Shown: positions 53,791-61,024 of the stretch, piece by piece
Numbering within the stretch: the first letter of the stretch is position 1
How the letters are laid out: each line of letters begins with the position of its first letter
IMG/VR virus record: IMGVR_UViG_3300045988_125893
Strand: one strand, 5' to 3'
DNA length: 64,000 nucleotides
Source of the DNA: a virus
Program-made: the position numbers and the translations under genes
Notes under the pieces: generated by a model
What the model saw: only the letters and a program-made list of their open reading frames with translations
Database searches by the model: none
What the model was told of the DNA's origin: nothing

Positions 53791-54539
53791 CCCGCAATCT
53801 CCCAGTCATTAGACATAATATCATGTTCGGTTGGATTCCAATTTGATGCTACTTTTTGACCTGTATCTACCATCAATATATTTACGTCAGATTCTGCAAT
53901 AAACATACAGATATACTTTTTACCCCAATCGATTCTTTTTATCTTACGACCTAATTTAAGCTGTTCTAAAGCCTTTTCGAATGTCATGCCATGACGAGGC
54001 AGTTTGAGATACTTTTCAAGTCTGTCGGCGGCTTCATTTGGTGTATGGCCATCATATTCGAAAGCGGTTTCTCTTTCAGGAACATCAAACAAATCCCAGT
54101 ATTTGCTTTTATAGTGATTAGATACCTGACCGGTAGGCAGGATCGCCATCACAATAAACCAGTCATCAGAACCGAAGCATTTTTCTCCGTCGCTGTGTCT
54201 CCTTGATTTGCAAACTTCAACCTGTCCGTTTCTGGCTAATAGATTAAAGAAGGCAGCGTTGTACAACATGCGGTACCGATACAATTCATTGAAAGTATGG
54301 TATCCGTCAGAAACTTCTCCCATGTCTCCTGGTTCTGCTTTAGGTTCAGGATGATTAGGATAATAGTAGTCCACTGATGCTTCTAACACAGACTTGATGT
54401 GTTCTACTATCCTCGTAGCATCATCATGTCTTAAGAAATACTTGAATCCTTCAACGAATTTAATATCTTCATTGATTGTTGATTCGAACTCTTCTTTTGT
54501 CATTGCTCTAACTACATCTTTAAAATCTTTTAATTCCAT
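53787..54539 (-). CDS. fusion protein with C-terminal DUF2829 (Tad2-like, anti-Thoeris sponge family) domain
   Basis: C-terminal MTFEKALEQLKLGRKIKRIDWGKKYI ... NWNPTEHDIMSNDWEI matches remembered DUF2829 signature (MxFxEAL..LK.GKK..R..W ... W.PSQ.DLLAEDWEI); N-terminal 170 aa unknown. Confidence 0.65.
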   Translation of the reverse strand: MELKDFKDVVRAMTKEEFESTINEDIKFVEGFKYFLRHDDATRIVEHIKSVLEASVDYYYPNHPEPKAEPGDMGEVSDGYHTFNELYRYRMLYNAAFFNLLARNGQVEVCKSRRHSDGEKCFGSDDWFIVMAILPTGQVSNHYKSKYWDLFDVPERETAFEYDGHTPNEAADRLEKYLKLPRHGMTFEKALEQLKLGRKIKRIDWGKKYICMFIAESDVNILMVDTGQKVASNWNPTEHDIMSNDWEIAG

Positions 54540-54562
54540 AATTTGTTTTAAATTAGTTGTTA

Positions 54563-55195
54563 TTATGCTTTCTTTATCTTACAATACAAATCCCACAAAA
54601 ACTCAGCAGAAAAACCACCCCATGCATTATTCTGCCAAATATCTACTTTGTTAATAAACCAAGACCATGTAGGACCATCATATGAAGAATCAGATGATGA
54701 TCCCAATCCGATTTTCTCCATTTCATTCGCCACATCAGAATAAGGATCTAAATCGACTCCCCTAATCATGTTAATAATATCATCCTTGTCTAACGTAAAT
54801 TGAAACCGCTCCTCGTTAGTAGGCGGATCTTGATTCAATTTACCAGTCGCAAGCCATTCTCCATCATGATACAATTCGGCAAGTTTCTTTACCTTATTTT
54901 TAAGAAAAGAATACTCTTGTATGACTTCCATAAAGTCAGCTTCGTTAGCTTTACCCTCTATGAAGATAACGGTTTTGCTTCCAGGTCTATGATCGTCTAA
55001 GCTTGCCGGGATTCCCAATATCGTCCATCCTTTAAACTCAGCTATCTTAAAACGCATGACATCAAACACCTTATAGAAATCATCACAATCTACAGATTCT
55101 ATTACCTTAACATCCTCTTCCGTAAATTTACCTCGTATTGGAATAACGTGATGACCAGGGCAGCCATTGGTTCCGAAATATGCGATTCTAACCAT
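54563..55195 (-). CDS. hypothetical protein
   Basis: ORF 210 aa. Confidence 0.6.
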   Translation of the reverse strand: MVRIAYFGTNGCPGHHVIPIRGKFTEEDVKVIESVDCDDFYKVFDVMRFKIAEFKGWTILGIPASLDDHRPGSKTVIFIEGKANEADFMEVIQEYSFLKNKVKKLAELYHDGEWLATGKLNQDPPTNEERFQFTLDKDDIINMIRGVDLDPYSDVANEMEKIGLGSSSDSSYDGPTWSWFINKVDIWQNNAWGGFSAEFLWDLYCKIKKA

Positions 55196-55196
55196 A

Positions 55197-55400
55197 TTAT
55201 CTATAATATTTTAATTGTTCTGAAATCCTATATTTACTTATATCATCACACAAGTTACACCCTCCTGTGCATCCATAAATCGAACAATACGAGTCTCTTT
55301 CTGCCTTCGATCTGGATTGGAAATCTCTTACGGCTTTAATCCAGGTAGGAGAAACTATCTTACCAGAGAAAGAAGGTACGTTTAAAAGTAGTGTTTTCAT
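55197..55400 (-). CDS. hypothetical small protein with CxxxCxxC motif (CTGGCNLC)
   Basis: ORF 67 aa; separated from next gene by TAAtATG. Confidence 0.5.
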   Translation of the reverse strand: MKTLLLNVPSFSGKIVSPTWIKAVRDFQSRSKAERDSYCSIYGCTGGCNLCDDISKYRISEQLKYYR

Positions 55401-55615
55401 GATTTCGCTGAAACATTCGTATAATACGGTACATCTACCACATCTCTTCTATGAAGTTCCTTCTCAAAATAAGAAACCATATAGGTATTTTTACCTTCGT
55501 GATCAGGCCTGGGATCAAAGCATTCAAAAACGAATCTTGTTCTACCTTCAAGATGACCAAACATGAAAACAAACTCACCACCGTATCTTTTGTTAGCCAA
55601 TTCTTCTACTGTCAT
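55397..55615 (-). CDS. hypothetical protein
   Basis: ORF 72 aa. Confidence 0.5.
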   Translation of the reverse strand: MTVEELANKRYGGEFVFMFGHLEGRTRFVFECFDPRPDHEGKNTYMVSYFEKELHRRDVVDVPYYTNVSAKS

Positions 55616-55839
55616 AACCTGTCTCCTCCCAATCCCGAATTGATGCTAACGTACTTAACACGGACATCGTTTCCACGTCCAAGCTGACCCCAGCCGGGCG
55701 ATGGCGTTCCCTTTGCCGGAGCAGCGACAGCCCTAAGCCGAGGCCAGTCCTGATTTTGTCTTATGGCCTCCGCCTCTTTGTAATATTGGTTACACAGCTC
55801 TTGATCTTCGTACCCAATGTAATCTTCTTTATTTTCCAT
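55612..55839 (-). CDS. doubtful ORF; its 3' half is the GC-rich segment that may instead be the IS right end/omega RNA
   Basis: ORF 75 aa; second half Pro/Gly/Ala-rich from locally GC-rich DNA. Confidence 0.3.
   Translation of the reverse strand: MENKEDYIGYEDQELCNQYYKEAEAIRQNQDWPRLRAVAAPAKGTPSPGWGQLGRGNDVRVKYVSINSGLGGDRL
55665..55742 (-). ncRNA. candidate TnpB omega-RNA (reRNA) 3' scaffold / IS right end
   Basis: abrupt ~60% GC island in ~35% GC genome, 130-210 nt downstream of tnpB stop on same strand; position typical of IS605-family right end. Confidence 0.35.
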
Positions 55840-55872
55840 AGTTGGAAATTTTATAGTAAAACATAATAATTA

Positions 55873-57016
55873 CTACTCCATTATAGACGCTTCATTGAGA
55901 TTCGTAACCTCATCCCTCTGCATCCGATTATAGAGGATATCAACTCCTACCCTCTGTATGTTTATTGCAGCATTCAAATCTCTATCTATTTCAATGCTGC
56001 AATTTTCACACTTGAAAACTCTATCTGATAAAGTTAAGTCTTCTTTCTTCCATCCGCATTTGGAACACGTCTTTGATGATGGAAAAGAACCTGTCTATTA
56101 CGACAAGTTCTTTTCCATACCAATTACATTTGTATTCCAACATGCTTCTAAACATTGAGAAACTTGTATCGGATATAGCTTTAGCCAATTTGTGATTCGA
56201 TAACATTCCAGAAACATTTAAATCCTCTATACAAATAACATCATAATTATTTACAAGTGAAGTGGTAACATTATGAAGAAAGTTGTTTCTCTTATTAGCA
56301 ATCTTGTTATACAATCTTGCTATTTTTATTTTATTCTTTCTATGCCTGTTACTTCCTTTACTCTTTCTACTTAAATGTCTTTGTATTTTAGCTATTTCAG
56401 ATTGTTTCTCTCTGAAAAACTTGATATTATCAATCACAATTCCGTCAGACAATGTAGCAAAAGATTTCAATCCTAAATCTATACCAACCGTTTTACCAGT
56501 CTTTCCCTTGTGATGCATGACCGTATCTACGAGAATAGAAACAAAGTACTGATTGCAACAATTTTTAGATATCGTACATGACAGCATCTTTGAATTATTA
56601 GGTATATTCCTATCAATAGACATCTTAACCCATCCTATTTTCTCTAATCTTATCTTATTATCTTTTAATGAGAATTTTTGATTAGGTAATCTATAAGATT
56701 GGTTTCCAGATTTCTTTTTAAAAGAAGGTCTGCCTATTTTCTTCTTTCTTGTTTTAGAGAAAAACTGGTTGGTAATTTCTTGAAAATCCCTTATCTTTTG
56801 TTGTATAGCAGCGGCAGAGATTTCATTCAACCACGGCTTGTCAATTATTAAATCAGATTTAATAATGATTTTAGGTTTAGGATTACTATCCTTATCATAA
56901 GAATTGAAAGATTCGACATTAGCATTCCAAATTACACGAATACATCCAAAAGTCTTAGAAAGCAACCCCTTCTGAGACTTATTAGGATATATTCTGTATT
57001 TGAAAGCTTTATGCAT
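55873..57016 (-). pseudogene. tnpB: IS200/IS605-family tnpB (RNA-guided nuclease) disrupted by +1 frameshift in a T-run
   Basis: main frame MHKAFKYRIYPNK...VVIDRFF then SIIKDVF...*; alternate frame just downstream reads [42 protein letters not shown] (zinc finger plus RuvC-III); shift at ttcttttcc (~56088-56096). Confidence 0.8.
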
Positions 57017-57113
57017 CGTTTAATTATTTAAAAGCAAATATAGTTACAATTCTATGATTATACAATATTCATAAATTAATTAGATTTAAAATAATACAAT
57101 GTATATTAAAATA

Positions 57114-57150
57114 AAAACCCGATACGTTAAAGCATATCGGGTTTGGCATC
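57114..57150 (-). terminator. hairpin aaacccgata-cgttaaagca-tatcgggttt followed on minus strand by tttttatttt
   Basis: read directly; also plausible IS left-end hairpin. Confidence 0.6.
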
Positions 57151-57165
57151 AAGCATAAAACATAG

Positions 57166-57348
57166 TCAGATCTTAGGTAAAGATTCAAGATACTTTTTAA
57201 TGTCTTTATATTTAGGATCTTTATCTATTCTGTTTTTCAGTTCATGCAATGCCGAGTCCATAACTGTATTCGGTACGCCAATCAATTCTCCTATTAAATA
57301 CAAGGGGGTTTTATTCGATTTAGATTCGTATGCCATATTCATATCCAA
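57166..57348 (-). CDS. hypothetical small protein
   Basis: ORF 60 aa ending just before terminator. Confidence 0.4.
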   Translation of the reverse strand: MDMNMAYESKSNKTPLYLIGELIGVPNTVMDSALHELKNRIDKDPKYKDIKKYLESLPKI

Positions 57349-57509
57349 AAAAAAGTTATGTAAAACAAACCGGCCACGGGTATTCTATCGCCCGCCGACC
57401 GGTATCATATTTTTTTATTCTTTTTATTCCCTTTCGGGAAAAACGGGAATGCGGGAATCATATTTTTTACTATGGCTCCCGCACCGCCGGAAGGACTTGG
57501 GTCTGGATC

Positions 57510-57803
57510 TCAGGTCAGATCCTTCCAGCTTATTTTTTCGCCGAGGTAATCTTGCACGGCAAGCCATCTTATAAAGGCTACTCCTTCGGGGGCATCCGGA
57601 TCATTCAAATACATTAACGTAGCTTTCACCAGCTCGTTCTCACATTTGAAGATCTTCGGGAAGCCATCCGAATAGTACATTGCAAAGACATATTGGACAT
57701 CGCCCCATGTCGCTTTATCCGGCTTCTTCGCTCCGCACTTTTCAAAAATATCTTTTATCTCCGACTGCTTCCAGATCCTTTTAGATCCATCGACGTTAAC
57801 CAT
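57510..57803 (-). CDS. hypothetical protein
   Basis: ORF 97 aa. Confidence 0.55.
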   Translation of the reverse strand: MVNVDGSKRIWKQSEIKDIFEKCGAKKPDKATWGDVQYVFAMYYSDGFPKIFKCENELVKATLMYLNDPDAPEGVAFIRWLAVQDYLGEKISWKDLT

Positions 57804-57896
57804 TTTCTTAACCGCTTCGTCAGCAAGTTCATTAGAGAAATGATAGCCGTAAGTGTCTACATATTTCTGATAAGCTGGATCCTCTGCGTCTGCTCC

Positions 57897-58268
57897 TCAA
57901 TAAGAACGACCACGACCTCTTCCCCTACCTCTACGCATCTGGGGACCATCACCGTAGTATCTGTCGTCTCCATAATAATCGGTCGGGTAAGATTCGTAAC
58001 CCATCCTCCGGTATTCCCGGTCCTCCATTTCATGACGGCGTTCGCGTTCTTCGAGTCTTCTTTCTCTTTCTTCCAACTCGTTTTCACGTTCTTCCATCTC
58101 TTTCATTTTTTCATGCATACCATAATGGTCATAAGGAGGAAGGAATCCATGTCCGTAACCCATGTACGTCCCATCAGAACGACGACTACGACCTCTGCCT
58201 CGTCTATCTTCTATCTCGTCATATCCAGGATATTCTCTTTGTCCTGAATTTAAATCATATACTATCAT
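57897..58268 (-). CDS. low-complexity Arg/Glu/Gly-rich protein (RGRGRG tracts, ERERRLEERERR repeats)
   Basis: ORF 123 aa. Confidence 0.5.
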   Translation of the reverse strand: MIVYDLNSGQREYPGYDEIEDRRGRGRSRRSDGTYMGYGHGFLPPYDHYGMHEKMKEMEERENELEERERRLEERERRHEMEDREYRRMGYESYPTDYYGDDRYYGDGPQMRRGRGRGRGRSY

Positions 58269-58275
58269 ATTATAC

Positions 58276-58764
58276 TTATTTCAAACGTTCTACAATCAAC
58301 TTCTTTAAATCTTCAAATGAATCGGTAAGATCATTGACCTTATTTTCTATACCAGCTATTTTACGATCTTGCTCTCTTGTCTGTTTAAATGCTGGGTTAA
58401 CTTCTTCCAATATGGATTCACAAGCTTCGATCTTTGCACGATGAGTATCTACGCTATCTATTATTTCCTGACTGGTGTTTTTTATAGCATTCAATTCATT
58501 CATAATAGGATCTATGCTTGTAGACAATGTTATTCCCATTGCTTTAGCCACATTCTGGGATTCGGGAACTGTATAGGTCTTGGTTTCTCCTGTAAGCTCC
58601 ACTGTAAGATCCACCACGCGCGTCTGCATGGTCTGGTATTGTCCAGGCTGCGGAGGAAGGTATCTTGGTTCCGATACGGCTACCACTCTTCCCAATTCGT
58701 ATTTAGGTACTGTATTAGTATCAAGGGTATGTACCTGAAACCCTTTCTTTAAATCTGAAAACAT
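58276..58764 (-). CDS. hypothetical protein with C-terminal coiled coil (scaffold-like?)
   Basis: ORF 162 aa. Confidence 0.6.
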   Translation of the reverse strand: MFSDLKKGFQVHTLDTNTVPKYELGRVVAVSEPRYLPPQPGQYQTMQTRVVDLTVELTGETKTYTVPESQNVAKAMGITLSTSIDPIMNELNAIKNTSQEIIDSVDTHRAKIEACESILEEVNPAFKQTREQDRKIAGIENKVNDLTDSFEDLKKLIVERLK

Positions 58765-58792
58765 GACCGAAATATTTATCTGTTAGAAAAAT

Positions 58793-58830
58793 AGGGTGAT
58801 AGTCCCTATGACCAGGTTTATCACCCTACT
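58793..58830 (-). terminator. 9-bp hairpin agggtgata...tatcaccct followed on minus strand by tatttttct
   Basis: read directly, just downstream of 58836 stop. Confidence 0.7.
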
Positions 58831-58835
58831 AAAAA

Positions 58836-59249
58836 TCATTTGCTTACATTAGTTTCAGACGCCTGGGCTGCCGTAGTTGGAACACAGCAATCCATTAATC
58901 TTAACACGCCACGAACTTTATTGAAGTACAGAAGGCGTTCTGTGCCATTTACCATAGCAGCACCCGTTACAGCTACGTTAATAGGGTTCACGACATTCAC
59001 TCCCGTAACCGAGCAACAGGTGTCGGCTCCTACTGTTGAAACTGTGCTGTTTGCCGGGACCGCAATCTGTACCGGTAGAGCACTTCCGGCTGTGGGGACT
59101 ACTTGCCTTATCTTAAGAAGGATAAGACCCTCACACGGAAGGGCGATCCAAGCCCGTGGGTTAATACCGAAGATTGTATTTGTCGTACTGACAATAACAT
59201 TCTTCGTAACCATCTCATACAACGATCCTATTTTAGAAACACAAGCCAT
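58836..59249 (-). CDS. beta-rich Ser/Thr/Val-rich protein with two CC dipeptides (structural-like)
   Basis: ORF 137 aa; strong terminator downstream suggests high expression. Confidence 0.6.
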   Translation of the reverse strand: MACVSKIGSLYEMVTKNVIVSTTNTIFGINPRAWIALPCEGLILLKIRQVVPTAGSALPVQIAVPANSTVSTVGADTCCSVTGVNVVNPINVAVTGAAMVNGTERLLYFNKVRGVLRLMDCCVPTTAAQASETNVSK

Positions 59250-59272
59250 ATTAGCCTCCTCTCTTAATAAAA

Positions 59273-60280
59273 TCAGACAGCAGCGTTGTTATTGCAACAT
59301 CCGTTGTTACATCCACATCCGTTATTGCAGTAACCTCCTCCGAATACCTGTCCCCAAGAATAAGCCTGGTAAGGAGAACAAGAGGGGTAGGCTGGGACGG
59401 CCGTCGGGCGTAATTGACCAACGATATTCTGGGTTTGTTGCTGAGATAATGCCGAAGCTGTCAAAGCCGCTTTTTCTTCACGAAGTTGAGCAATAGTGTT
59501 CTGCATCTCCCTCATTTCCAACTGACAGAATTTGTCGTTGATCATAACGGTTTGAGCGTCAAGTTTCGCAGACAAGATATTGAATTGGCTTGTAGCTTGC
59601 TCACGATTGTTAGCCAGACCTTGGTTGAGACCGTTCTGCAAGATATTGGTTTGTTCCAACGTGCGAAGCTGGTTATCAAAACCTTGCTGAGTAATCATTC
59701 CCTGAGTCTGGCAAGTGCTTTGATTGATCAACGAACTCAGATTGCAGCAGCAAGAGCTGATTTGATTTCCGATTTCACAACCTTGTTGTTGAACTGCGTT
59801 GATAACAGCCTGAGAAGTCATACCTACCTGACCAGCTACTTTATCAATAGCACCCTGTACGTTGCAGATAGCGTTCTGAAGTTGAGTAGTAGAACAGTTC
59901 AAAGCAGAAGCGATCTGATCTATGGCACTGCGATTACCTTGAATTGCCTGCATCAAAAGTTCACGACCGTAATCGTTATTCAACTGAGCCGGCAAACCAT
60001 TGGCGCAACAATCACCACCATTTCCAAAACCGTTACCGAAGCCGCGTCCACCCCACAGCCAGAACAAAACAATTATCCAGAGCCACCAACCGTTAGCCCC
60101 ACCGAAACCGTCCTGGTTGTTACGACCGTTCATCAAAGCCGCCACCAGATTCGGATCCATTTTATTACCACCTATTAAATTAGCAAACATGCCGGGAATC
60201 ATTGAAAGAAGACCGTTAGCGGCTGCACCACCACCGTTAGCCCCGGCTCCATCTAAAAGGACGATTTTATCACCACCCAT
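59273..60280 (-). CDS. unusual Gly/Asn/Gln-rich protein: Gly-rich N-terminus, Trp-rich TM helix (WWLWIIVLFWLW), Q/N-rich coiled coil, C-terminal CNNGCGCNNGCCNNN
   Basis: ORF 335 aa; composition read directly. Confidence 0.65.
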   Translation of the reverse strand: MGGDKIVLLDGAGANGGGAAANGLLSMIPGMFANLIGGNKMDPNLVAALMNGRNNQDGFGGANGWWLWIIVLFWLWGGRGFGNGFGNGGDCCANGLPAQLNNDYGRELLMQAIQGNRSAIDQIASALNCSTTQLQNAICNVQGAIDKVAGQVGMTSQAVINAVQQQGCEIGNQISSCCCNLSSLINQSTCQTQGMITQQGFDNQLRTLEQTNILQNGLNQGLANNREQATSQFNILSAKLDAQTVMINDKFCQLEMREMQNTIAQLREEKAALTASALSQQQTQNIVGQLRPTAVPAYPSCSPYQAYSWGQVFGGGYCNNGCGCNNGCCNNNAAV

Positions 60281-60502
60281 AATTTATAGTATTTAATTGT
60301 TAAACATACGTGCATGAAGCACGTAACAAAGATCATGATTGTAGAGTGGAATACAGGTGTGTTTATTTCCTATAGAAGAGAAGTATTTTCAGCAAAAACG
60401 GAAGTATAATACACAATAATTAATTTTCCCCATTTAATGTGAAAACCTGATAATCAGAAACTTACGCTTTTCCCATTTTGGGTAAAGCGCTGTAAATCAA
60501 AC

Positions 60503-60528
60503 CAGGGCCCGCATCACTGCGAGCCCTG
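60503..60528 (-). terminator. hairpin cagggc-ccgcatcactgcga-gccctg with tttgattt on minus strand
   Basis: read directly, 75 nt downstream of small ORF 60605..60802. Confidence 0.45.
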
Positions 60529-60604
60529 ATCTCTAAACTAATACCATGAAAAAACTTAAATCTAAAAACTAAAGAATACACAAATGTATGAAAATGTACG
60601 CTTT

Positions 60605-60802
60605 TCACAAAGAATCTGTATCCTGTTCTTTTGTGTGATTCAAGACATGGGATATAGTTCTGATACTTAATCTGGTTTGATTTCGTATCAGATTATAAAT
60701 ATAGGATTTTGAAACTACAGTTCTTAATTGACCTAAATCATTCATAATGTCTTTATACATAAGATGAATGCTGTTGTTACGTTTGATGGTACTGATTCTC
60801 AT
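60605..60802 (-). CDS. hypothetical small protein
   Basis: ORF 65 aa within 740-bp noncoding stretch. Confidence 0.35.
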   Translation of the reverse strand: MRISTIKRNNSIHLMYKDIMNDLGQLRTVVSKSYIYNLIRNQTRLSIRTISHVLNHTKEQDTDSL

Positions 60803-60957
60803 TTCCTACCGTTATTAGTTACGTTCCGTTCTTACTTTTTCCCTTTTTCCATAATCCCTTCCTGAAACTAATATTGCAAACTTAATGAAAATAATCCAAA
60901 AACAACGAAAGTCTGACTTTTCTTGTATGTTGCTGATATACGTGCATATATAAGAAA

Positions 60958-60990
60958 AGTGAGACTTTAACAAGCCTCACTCCCAGAAGT
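60958..60990 (-). terminator. hairpin agtgag-actttaacaagc-ctcact followed on minus strand by ttttcttatatat
   Basis: read directly, ~45 nt downstream of 61025 stop. Confidence 0.55.
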
Positions 60991-61024
60991 GTAAATGTAA
61001 AAAACTAATTATATTACATGAAAA

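Larger units (their letters stand above)
55660..57145 (-). mobile_element. TnpB-only IS605-family (IS1341-like) insertion, ~1.45 kb
   Basis: tnpB gene, left-end subterminal hairpin 57114..57144, GC-rich right end; no tnpA present. Confidence 0.5.

Noticed and set aside
55193-55199. Possible frameshift joining 55197..55400 (CxxxCxxC) to 54563..55195
   Set aside because: The junction reads AGA TAA t ATG. This is a clean stop followed by a new start in another frame, so it is ordinary translational coupling.
58840-60296. + strand ORFs 58840..59496, 59486..60178 and 60000..60296
   Set aside because: They are antisense to well-supported minus-strand genes. They show the Pro/Thr/Val-rich translations typical of the reverse frame of Q/N/G-rich genes.
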